Source: Bryobacterales bacterium
GTDB lineage: Bacteria; Acidobacteriota; Terriglobia; Bryobacterales; Bryobacteraceae
DNA length: 64,000 bases
Direction of reading: 5' to 3'
Assembly: GCA_003162425.1 (NCBI GenBank)
Contig: PMOK01000168.1
Span: forward strand, 997 to 64,996
Below are positions 52,771 to 61,240 of the stretch, one piece after another (the first letter of the stretch is position 1; every line of letters starts with the position of its first letter). Made by a program: the position numbers and the translations under genes. The notes below the pieces were generated by a model. That model did no database searches and was not told where the DNA came from. It saw only the letters and a list, made by a program, of their open reading frames with translations.

Positions 52771-54408
52771 TTACTGTTCGCCGTTACTCAACCCCGCATG
52801 GAAATATCCGCGAGCAAGTTCGGGTTTGGCTTCTATCGCGAGCGTCCAGTAGGAGCGTGCTTGATCCTCGCGGCCGATAGCTTTGAGCACATGTCCAAGG
52901 TTCAGGAGAGCTTCTGGGAACTCGGGCTTTTGATTCAGTGCCTCACGATAGAGCACTGCCGCTTGCTCGTTCTTACCCAGTTTGTGCGACAGCAGTGCGC
53001 TGTTGTAAAGGATTTCCGCGGTCTTCTCGCCAAGGTCATGCAGGCGCAAGTGATGATCTAGCGCTTCTTGCGCATAATCGCGATCCAAAGCGATCGCCGC
53101 CAAGCCTCGCACGGCGTCAACACAACCCGGCTCGCGGTCTATTAACCGAATCAACACGTCCCGAGCGGCATCGTGCTGGTTGAGCTTCCAGAGAGCCATC
53201 GCCAAATTGAGCTCGGCCTCGCGCCAGTTTTTGCGTTTTTCTACACACGATTGGAAGGCGGCGCTGCTCGCAGCGTAGTCTCCGCGCCTCAGCTGCAAAT
53301 AGCCGAGACGAAACTCGGCCTCAACAAATTCCGGATGGTGAGAGACGATTCTTGCGTAAATCTTCTCAGCGTCGTCGACGTCGCCTTGCTGCTCGCGGAC
53401 CCACGCTAGTTGATATTGCAGGTCGCTCCGCTGGGGCGCTTGTTCCACCGCGCGCTCGAACGCGACGCGAGCACTCGTCAGATCTCCGATTTCCAAGTAA
53501 ACAGCACCCAGTTGAATGTGAGCGTCGGCCGAGTCCGGCCGTATCACCCGCGCCCGAACATATGACTGAATGGCGTCGTTGAAATTGCCTTGCCGCTGAC
53601 AGGCGAGCCCAAGATTAAACCAATGTTCGAATTCCTTCGGAGCGATTTGGGTGAGCTTCGCACAGAGACGTTGAGCTTGATCGACATCGTTGCGGGCAAA
53701 GGCCGCCGCCGCCAGACTTTCGAGAGCCACCTGATGATCGGGGCGCTGCGACAAAAGCTGCTCGGCGTATTTCCGAACCGTATCGTAGTCTCTCTTTTGC
53801 AGGCCCAGACTGATCAAATTCAGGAGAGCAGGCTCAAAATCGGGCGACAGCTGGAGTATCTTTTCGTAAAGCGCCTTTGCTTCATCGAAGCGGAGGAGCA
53901 ACTGGAGCGATACTGCTTTGCCAAACAGCGCCGGTTGATAGGACGGATCGGACCCGAGGCATTCTTCGAAGATCTTTATCGCTTCCGGGTATTCCTTTTG
54001 GTTTATCGTGCAGACGCCGATGGACGTTTTCGCCTCGATCCAGTTTGGATTCACCGCCAAGGCGCGTTTGAAATGCGGAATGGCTTCTTGGGTGCGTCCA
54101 AGATTCTGCAAAGCAATGCCGCTATTAAAGGAGATTTGCGCGTCGCCGGGCCCGGTCTCCAAAGCCTTGGAATAGTTTTCCCAGGCTTCGTCGAAGTGGC
54201 CTAATTCCAATTGGAGGTAACCGCGGGCCGCGAATACCTCGGCACTCCGGTTGCCGCTGTCTAGCGCAATCCCCAAGTCGCTTAATGCATTCTCGGATTG
54301 ACCAGCCAGGTGGTGTGTGACGGCCTTGGCGAGCGCACTGGATATTTCCTTGGCGTTCTGCATTTCTTTTATACCGGAGCTGGCCTTAACGACCTCTTCC
54401 TTTATCAT
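52771..54408 (-). CDS. TPR-repeat protein (545 aa), paralogue of 58952..60571
   Basis: About 13 TPR units and no signal peptide. Collinear with the other TPR protein from the N-terminus (..HHLAGQSENALSDL.. vs ..DHLNGNIEGALAKL..) to the C-terminus (..KPEFPEALLNLGHVL..KPELARGYF vs ..KPDFPEALLNLGNVL..KPELALGYY). Confidence 0.9.
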   Translation of the reverse strand: MIKEEVVKASSGIKEMQNAKEISSALAKAVTHHLAGQSENALSDLGIALDSGNRSAEVFAARGYLQLELGHFDEAWENYSKALETGPGDAQISFNSGIALQNLGRTQEAIPHFKRALAVNPNWIEAKTSIGVCTINQKEYPEAIKIFEECLGSDPSYQPALFGKAVSLQLLLRFDEAKALYEKILQLSPDFEPALLNLISLGLQKRDYDTVRKYAEQLLSQRPDHQVALESLAAAAFARNDVDQAQRLCAKLTQIAPKEFEHWFNLGLACQRQGNFNDAIQSYVRARVIRPDSADAHIQLGAVYLEIGDLTSARVAFERAVEQAPQRSDLQYQLAWVREQQGDVDDAEKIYARIVSHHPEFVEAEFRLGYLQLRRGDYAASSAAFQSCVEKRKNWREAELNLAMALWKLNQHDAARDVLIRLIDREPGCVDAVRGLAAIALDRDYAQEALDHHLRLHDLGEKTAEILYNSALLSHKLGKNEQAAVLYREALNQKPEFPEALLNLGHVLKAIGREDQARSYWTLAIEAKPELARGYFHAGLSNGEQ

Positions 54409-54492
54409 TCAGTTTCTCCTCTCACAGTGCGGCAATTACGCCGATTAGGTTTTCCCTTAAATCATCGGCTGAATCGTGCTAGTACTTCAGGG

Positions 54493-55623
54493 TTATGCTA
54501 CCGATACTTCGACCGATTCGCTTACCTGGCTCGAGGGAGCAAGCCGCAGAGTGTGGACCACTCGTCCTCCTTCGCGCAGCCTGGGTGCGCACCAATAGCG
54601 GCGTGTATACGAATTGATGCTTCCGCTCCAGATCAATAGGCCTTCCGGTAGCGCGATGCCAGGTAACGGCGTCTTGGGAGACATAGGCAAGGGCAGCATT
54701 TCGGATAACGCGGCTTGGGGAATCGGCTCTGTTTCCACAGACGGGTTGCCGCCTCTCAAGGGTTTGTCCAGCCCTGGCAAGAACGGCGCGATTGCTTCTA
54801 GCATCTCAACGGGCGCTAATAACGTGCGCGCGCCCTCGAGGGAGGGTTGAAGCTCAAAGGGTATCTCTGCTGATTCGCGAAGAAATCGGCGGCCGGGGAG
54901 AGCCGCGTCCACGCACGTATTCCATGGCGCGATCGAGGTTGGATTCGGTAAACGAACCGCCGCCGCCGATTCCGGCATGGGCATCGCAAAATGGAAGCCA
55001 TCAAACGACTTCAATAAAACTGTCAGCGAATGCCAAGGCCGCGGCGAAGGCAAGGCCAGCTCGCGTAAACCCTGCTTCGGCCGAATCGCCTTAGAACCTC
55101 CCGCTTGTGCTCGCAACTCCAGGGGCGATGGTTTACTTGGCAGGGGCTGGAACGGCTTCAGTGCCGCAGCCCGCCACGCTTCTGTCTGCGCATGTGGCTC
55201 GCAAGCCAAAGGCGGCGGTACGGGAAGCGCCGCACCCAGCAAACGGTCCCTTCGATCCTTCCGGCCCGGTGCACAGGCGAACTCGATCCCGCCCATTCCG
55301 CTGGTGCGAGGTGCGCAGTCGTTGCCGGGTTTGGCGTAACAGGGAGGCGCGGAAATATGCTGCTTCGGAACGAAGGGCGCAATCTCGACCCGTTCCGTAT
55401 GCAGCTCAGCGGGCGCAATCAGGAATACAAACAGCTCACCTTCCGGCTGCCCGGTTTTCCGCCTGAAATCGGCTGCCGCAATAAATTCAAAGACGGTTGA
55501 ACGGGGCGCGAAAGGTTGAGTTTGATTACGTTCGTGGCCTGACTGGGACGCCGGAACCAGCCATATGGCCACGGCTGGGCAAATTTTCATCGTATCGCTC
55601 GCTGGAATGGTGGTAGGCAGCAT
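54493..55623 (-). CDS. uncharacterised Pro/Ala-rich protein (376 aa)
   Basis: Long ORF with an ATG start, divergent from 55891. No known motif. The overlapping + strand ORFs are Arg/Gly-rich antisense-type. Confidence 0.5.
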   Translation of the reverse strand: MLPTTIPASDTMKICPAVAIWLVPASQSGHERNQTQPFAPRSTVFEFIAAADFRRKTGQPEGELFVFLIAPAELHTERVEIAPFVPKQHISAPPCYAKPGNDCAPRTSGMGGIEFACAPGRKDRRDRLLGAALPVPPPLACEPHAQTEAWRAAALKPFQPLPSKPSPLELRAQAGGSKAIRPKQGLRELALPSPRPWHSLTVLLKSFDGFHFAMPMPESAAAVRLPNPTSIAPWNTCVDAALPGRRFLRESAEIPFELQPSLEGARTLLAPVEMLEAIAPFLPGLDKPLRGGNPSVETEPIPQAALSEMLPLPMSPKTPLPGIALPEGLLIWSGSINSYTRRYWCAPRLREGGRVVHTLRLAPSSQVSESVEVSVA

Positions 55624-55890
55624 AGGGTACCGGGAGAGGTTGCTCCTCAGGTCTTACATCGGTGGGGTGAGCGCTTTTCTGTAGAACCCTAGCGGCTTGC
55701 GGTCTTGTAGCGGCAGCGCTTACGGGTCTAAGGTTTTTTTCCTATATCGAAAGGTCCGCCGAGCAGACGATCTGAAGTAAGTCAGCGAATCATCTCAAAG
55801 CCTTAGTCAGCGATCGGGCGCCGTGGAACTTCCCGGTCGGCAAAATTGAGGGTTCGCCTCAGTCCACATGCAAGAACGGCAGAACATCTG

Positions 55891-58890
55891 ATGGAGTGCT
55901 TGTATTGCAGGGCAACCTTAGGCCTGTTATCACGGGGCGAATTTTGTAATAACAAACACCGGGATCAATGGCGTGAGCAGCAAGCCGAATTATCTATTCA
56001 GCGCCTCATAGAGTCATTCAGCTATGACAAGACTGCCGCGGAGAAATCCGGGTCAGGGTCTGTATCTGTTCTCGATTGGACATCGAGAGATGCCGTTCCT
56101 CCTGCGGCGCTATTCGCGCATCGCGATTCGCGCGAGGAAATAAAGCCTCCAGTCACCCGCGCAATCCGAGACGCCTCCGAAAAACGAGGGGTTTTCGACC
56201 ACGGTTCAGATTCCGACCGCCAAGCGCCGCCAGACGCGGGCTTCATCTCGACAATCGACCTTAACAAGGGTTTGCATCTTCCTGTTTTCAACCGGCGTCC
56301 GGCGCTGTCAGAGAAGGGCCTCAACAACGGCTTCGACTCGAACCTAATCAACAGAGTACTTCGGGCCATAGACGCGCGCTACGAGCGGAGACGATTTATC
56401 CGGCCGCTAAGCGTCTCCTCAACCGAGGGATGCCAAGCACGCCTATTTGGCCATTCGGCTCCTAGGCCATTCCTGGATTTGTCTGACGGTCAGAACCTGT
56501 GCAAGGCGCGCCCGGTCCAGCTAAGGAGCCTCGCAACTTTCACCTGTGCCGTACCTGGCCGGTCGGTTCAGGCCTGTGCATTACAACCAGAGGCCTCGCA
56601 ACTAACCCTGTACAGTGGTCCGCAGTCAACCTATGCAGTCCCGCCAATGGCTCTGCTTCAGCGTGAGACACTGCCAACTCCTGTGACCGTGCCTTCGAAA
56701 ACCATCGTGGCGAAGTTGGCGCGCTTGGCGCTCGGAGCTGCAATCGAGGCGCGCTTGGCGCTCGGAGCCGCAATCGAGCCGTTGCATTCCCCGGCGCCCA
56801 GCGGTTTCCAACCGCTGCCTGCTGGCCAGATCCTACGGGGTCAGTTTGCGCAGCTACAGTTTCAAGCTTGTAAAGTCGCGCACCCTGTGCTCCACCCCTG
56901 CGAGCTAGAGCCGCGACCCTGGCAAGCGAGGGTGCCCACTGCGGCCGTTGGATCGTATGAAGTGCGGCCGGTGCATTTGCATACGCGTGAGCTCGAAAGT
57001 CGCTCCACCCGCACGCAGTGTCCGAAAATTGGTCAGGCGAGCCTGCCGCACTCCGCCGCCACACAGCCGGTTGGGTACACTCAGGCGCCACAAGCCTTCG
57101 CTCTCACGGTAGGGCGCACCAATCCAGCGCCGCGCAATTGCGGCTTCTACGCATTGGCACCGGAGCGGATTGTATCAACCCGAGCGGCATCCCTAGGTGC
57201 GTCAGGCCCAGCTATGCCGCAGCAGCCGCCCGCACAGCAACTCCAGCCGAGACAGTTTGGTTTTGCATGCTGTCGAGTCCCCGTCACTCCGGTCGAAGGT
57301 TTCGCGCGACATCGAGAGAAGCCGACGGCCCTTCAGAGCGCGGGCAAACGAAGTTCTGAAGTGAGCCTGACGGCGCTGTGTAGGCGCGAGATGCCAGAGC
57401 AGACCGCGCCGTTAATCCCATACCCGAAGATTCGCCCGGCGAGTTTGCCGCGTCCAGAAGCCTCGCGGCCGCAGCATTCCAGCACCCAGCCGCGAGGCGT
57501 GGCAATTTCGATCGGGCGCCTAAGTTCCAGGCTGTTCGATTGGGCGGACCGCGCGCTAGCGATCAATCAGAGCATACCAGTCCAGACAGAGCCTACAACT
57601 CTACCGCGCATCGCCTCCGAACTACCCATCGCCTCGCCGCGCCAGAAGGTCCGTGGGACAGTGTTACCGGTCCAGTCGAGACAGCGGGAATTTCAGGTGT
57701 TTCGACTTTCCGCCGCGGCGCTTCAGGTCTTGCCGGTAAAGGCGGAAAATAAGGTGTGCCGCGCATCCCAACTCACCTATGAAGTGCGGCCAATGGCTCT
57801 CCTCCGACGGACCGCGGACCGCCAGCCCGTGGATGCATGGGATCTGAAGATCCCCCTGACCAGCTTGTTAGGCCCGATCAACGGGGTCTCGCGCGTGACT
57901 GCGGCGACACGAACATCCCAGGGGGCACCCGTTTCGCTGGTACAGTTGAGTCTGGCCCTGCCCAATTGCACCTTTCAAGCAGTGGCGACCAGGCCGAGTA
58001 CCCCGGCTCATGCCAAAACGACGACGCAACCCTACGCTAGTTCGCCGCCCAGCCTCCAGGCCGGCGCGGCGCAAGTCCAGCGAAGAAAGCTAGATTTTAG
58101 GCTTTCTCAAGTCTTCACTACTACCCGAACGGCGCAGATCGTCGCGTCCAGGCCAGAGAAGCTGGAAACCAAGGAATACGCTGCATCGAGCCAGCTCCGA
58201 CAACCGCGGCGCATCGCGTTACGCAGTCAAACGGCGACGCGCAAGCCGGTATTTGCCTGGCACATTACATCTAACCCGGTCTTGGCACGCCCAACCACTC
58301 CGCCTCTGCCATCGGCCGTGCTGATCCGAGCACAGCAAGCGTTCGGAATCACTAGCGGGCGGACGGCGCCGATGCTCCCTAACTGCGGCTTCCATGGGCT
58401 AGCCACCCGTTTTTGCGCATCACCGATGGACTCGCAAATCCGGACTACCCAGCTAGGCTCCAGCCAGACTGTGGCGATTCGTATCTATACCAGAGATCTT
58501 CGCCTGACGTCCGCAGCCTCAATGTTATTCGACTCCCCTGTTTTTCTGGGAGCCGAGCTAAGCTCACAGCGGCCGAAATTCGTAGCCAAAGGTTTCGACT
58601 TTGACTACAAGATTGGTGTTCCATCTCGACGGCTGCCATCTTGGGATCCCGAGCGGACGCCATGCCTCCAATTTGCCGCCAATCCGAACAGTGCGAAGGT
58701 CGCTCTGGTTGGATCTTCCCGCATGGCTCGCACCGCAACTTGGGCTCTGCCTGAAACAAGACTGCATTTACAGTTACGTGCCAGAGAGATCGCAGCAGCG
58801 GCGTACCGTTCCACCGGAACCAAGCCGGCTGGCGCCAAGGGCGACCTGAAGTGGGTGGCCCACAAAATACCCTGGGTGCCGATGCCATGA
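55891..58890 (+). CDS. uncharacterised large repeat protein with an N-terminal Cys-rich (zinc-ribbon-like) element
   Basis: 3-kb ORF; ATG 55891 (MECLYCRATLGLLSRGEFCNNKHRD). Internal degenerate repeats: TY(A/E)V(P/R)P(M/V).L at track residues 262, 370 and 644; NC(G/T)F at 431, 707 and 846. Confidence 0.7.
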   Translation: MECLYCRATLGLLSRGEFCNNKHRDQWREQQAELSIQRLIESFSYDKTAAEKSGSGSVSVLDWTSRDAVPPAALFAHRDSREEIKPPVTRAIRDASEKRGVFDHGSDSDRQAPPDAGFISTIDLNKGLHLPVFNRRPALSEKGLNNGFDSNLINRVLRAIDARYERRRFIRPLSVSSTEGCQARLFGHSAPRPFLDLSDGQNLCKARPVQLRSLATFTCAVPGRSVQACALQPEASQLTLYSGPQSTYAVPPMALLQRETLPTPVTVPSKTIVAKLARLALGAAIEARLALGAAIEPLHSPAPSGFQPLPAGQILRGQFAQLQFQACKVAHPVLHPCELEPRPWQARVPTAAVGSYEVRPVHLHTRELESRSTRTQCPKIGQASLPHSAATQPVGYTQAPQAFALTVGRTNPAPRNCGFYALAPERIVSTRAASLGASGPAMPQQPPAQQLQPRQFGFACCRVPVTPVEGFARHREKPTALQSAGKRSSEVSLTALCRREMPEQTAPLIPYPKIRPASLPRPEASRPQHSSTQPRGVAISIGRLSSRLFDWADRALAINQSIPVQTEPTTLPRIASELPIASPRQKVRGTVLPVQSRQREFQVFRLSAAALQVLPVKAENKVCRASQLTYEVRPMALLRRTADRQPVDAWDLKIPLTSLLGPINGVSRVTAATRTSQGAPVSLVQLSLALPNCTFQAVATRPSTPAHAKTTTQPYASSPPSLQAGAAQVQRRKLDFRLSQVFTTTRTAQIVASRPEKLETKEYAASSQLRQPRRIALRSQTATRKPVFAWHITSNPVLARPTTPPLPSAVLIRAQQAFGITSGRTAPMLPNCGFHGLATRFCASPMDSQIRTTQLGSSQTVAIRIYTRDLRLTSAASMLFDSPVFLGAELSSQRPKFVAKGFDFDYKIGVPSRRLPSWDPERTPCLQFAANPNSAKVALVGSSRMARTATWALPETRLHLQLRAREIAAAAYRSTGTKPAGAKGDLKWVAHKIPWVPMP
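56719..56778 (+). repeat. 30-bp tandem duplication inside the large ORF
   Basis: GCGCGCTTGGCGCTCGGAGC(T/C)GCAATCGAG x2, which reads ARLALGAAIE ARLALGAAIE. Confidence 0.9.
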
Positions 58891-58951
58891 GACATCCAAG
58901 TTCTATCCATAAAGCATATGTACGAATAGTCCGATACTCTAAGGGGCTACT

Positions 58952-60571
58952 ATGAAACTGATTCGAAGACAAAAAGACTCAACTCCCGCGGAAAACCATC
59001 CAGAGCCGGTAAATGGCGCAACGATTCCATTGGCTCAGGCGCTCGCCGATCATTTAAACGGAAATATCGAAGGCGCGCTGGCCAAGCTCAATTCCATAGA
59101 CGGCGAAGACGGCAACATCGCCGATGTGGTTGCCGCCAAGGCGCATCTACTGTTGCGTGCCAACCGCTTCGAGGAAGCGCAGAGACAATTCGCGCGGCTG
59201 ATCTCCATCAAGCCGTTGCTCGAAGCTGCTCACTATCATTCCGGATTTTGTCTGTACCAGCTCGGTGAGTATGAAGCGGCCGTGGGTGCGTTCGAGGAAA
59301 GCCGCAAGCTGGCGCCAAGCGGGGCCGACACGCAGATAGCCCTGGGGAATTGTTTGTTGAACCTCAATCGCCCTGGGGACGCTGTGTCCACATTTGAGAA
59401 GTGTCTTGCGGAGCATCCCGATAATGAAAGCGCCATGGTGGGTAAAGCGGTAGCGCTCCAATCAGTCGGCGATATCGAAGCGGCTTCGCGTGTATCCGGC
59501 CAGCTTCTGGAACGAAGTTCGCCTTCGGCAGAATGCCTGGCAAACTTGACCTTGTTGGGCCTGCAGAATTCGAATTTCGATTTGGTTCGAGCTGCCGCCG
59601 ATCGTCTTCTCAAGTTGGACCCCAATTCGGAGATCGCCCTTCAGGGACTCGGCGCTGCCGGCCTGGCGGTGGAAGAGTTTAAGGTTGCAGCGCAGTATTA
59701 CGAAAAGCTGGTCGAACTGCATCCCACGAATTACGATTATTGGTTAAACCTGGGCGTTGCGCGGCACCGCGTTGGAAATCATGACGGCGCCGCCGAAAGC
59801 TATCAAAAGGCGTTGCAGATTCGTCCCGAGGGCAGTTCGGCCTACGTAAACCTGGGACTTCTCTACCAGGAGCGAGGTGACGCCGCGCGGGCGGCCAATG
59901 CATTGGAGCAAGCTCTTCGGATTGCTCCGGAGCGCGATGACATTCGATATGACGCCGCCATCGCTCTCGATGAATGCGGTGAAACCGAGAAAGCCGCCGA
60001 CATGTACAGGGCGCTGCTGCAAACGAACGAGAACATGACGGGCGCCTGGTTCCGCCTGGGCGCGATGTACCTAAGATCAGGCGAGTTCAATACAGCAGTG
60101 CAGTGTTTTGAGAAGTGTGTACAGTTACGCCCAGATTGGATCGAAGCCGAAATTAACCTCGCCGTCGCCTATGGAAAACAAGGTCAAAAGGAACAGGCGG
60201 AACGCGTGCTTCAGAACACACTGACCCACGAACCTGATAGCGTGGAACTGATCCGCCTGCTTGCGGCGCTCTCGCTCGAACAGAATCAATTCAAAGCCGC
60301 GATTCGATACCACCTCCGGCTTCTCGAACTAGGGGATCAATCGGCTGAGGTACGGCACAATCTGGGCGTTCTTTACCAAAATCAGGGGGAGAGTGCGAAG
60401 GCCGAATCGGAATACAGGGATGCCCTGGCGCTCAAACCAGACTTTCCGGAAGCCCTCTTGAACTTGGGAAACGTACTCAACGCCACCGGCCAAAAGGACG
60501 CGGCGCGAGATCATTGGGTGCGCGCGCTGCAACTGAAACCAGAACTGGCGCTTGGTTACTACTTGGCGTAA
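58952..60571 (+). CDS. TPR-repeat protein (539 aa), paralogue of 52771..54408
   Basis: See 52771..54408. Confidence 0.9.
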   Translation: MKLIRRQKDSTPAENHPEPVNGATIPLAQALADHLNGNIEGALAKLNSIDGEDGNIADVVAAKAHLLLRANRFEEAQRQFARLISIKPLLEAAHYHSGFCLYQLGEYEAAVGAFEESRKLAPSGADTQIALGNCLLNLNRPGDAVSTFEKCLAEHPDNESAMVGKAVALQSVGDIEAASRVSGQLLERSSPSAECLANLTLLGLQNSNFDLVRAAADRLLKLDPNSEIALQGLGAAGLAVEEFKVAAQYYEKLVELHPTNYDYWLNLGVARHRVGNHDGAAESYQKALQIRPEGSSAYVNLGLLYQERGDAARAANALEQALRIAPERDDIRYDAAIALDECGETEKAADMYRALLQTNENMTGAWFRLGAMYLRSGEFNTAVQCFEKCVQLRPDWIEAEINLAVAYGKQGQKEQAERVLQNTLTHEPDSVELIRLLAALSLEQNQFKAAIRYHLRLLELGDQSAEVRHNLGVLYQNQGESAKAESEYRDALALKPDFPEALLNLGNVLNATGQKDAARDHWVRALQLKPELALGYYLA

Positions 60572-61240
60572 ATTATTGCACTTTGTGGTGCAAGCAACTG
60601 GATGAACGATGTGTGCGCACGGCTCTCCTTGGCAATTTCAGGACGAAGCCGGGCCGGGCATGCGTGCCGCATCGCAGCATCGCGCCGCGTACGGTCTGTT
60701 CCGGAAGTAGTGTGAGCGCAGCGCCGCCAGATGAGGCCCAGATGAATGACCGGTCACGAAAATAGGTCGGGCGTTGCCGATCACAGAAACGTTTTGTCGG
60801 CGACCGTGTGTAATCGCCTCAGCCTTTGCCGATTGAAGGTGGTGCGCGGCCAGACTGTTTCAAGCTCGTCTTGGTGAGACCGGGCGTGCCGTTTTCCGGC
60901 GGTTTGCAGCCGCGCTTTGGGAGCTGCTTGGAAACAAACTGACGAGTTCGTCTCAGGAAATCCGGTTTGTCCTGGCGATGCGAGAGCTATTGCAGCGGCT
61001 GGATGTGTTCTGTTTTGCGTGTACGATGCAGCGCGGTGACTTCGACAGCTTTATCTATCGCTCTGGGTCGTGGGAATGGTGTGCCCGGCCGTCTGTTTGG
61101 CGACCGTTTGCTTTCGTTCTTGCTTGGCTTAAAAGTCTACAACTCGGCTAAAAGCCTTAAATCAAAGAACGCGCTTACTTACCTAACACCGTAGATTCCA
61201 AGGATTACACCTTCCACTCAATTACGTCGATAGCTACTCC

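Noticed and set aside
54977-55500. Several 100-130-aa + strand ORFs inside the 376-aa orphan gene
   Set aside because: They are mutually overlapping Arg/Gly/Ala-rich antisense-type frames. The single long minus-strand ORF with an ATG start is the more economical reading, though it is itself only moderately supported.
60612-60672. Possible c-di-GMP-I (GEMM-I) riboswitch upstream of the HD-GYP/GGDEF gene (GCGCACGG..GGCAA..GGACGAAGCCGGGCC)
   Set aside because: Only short word matches to the Vc2 consensus. The P1 hairpin with a GNRA loop between GGCAAACC and GGGACGCAAAGCC is missing (5 nt instead). The site is also about 580 nt from the start codon. An Infernal scan is still needed.
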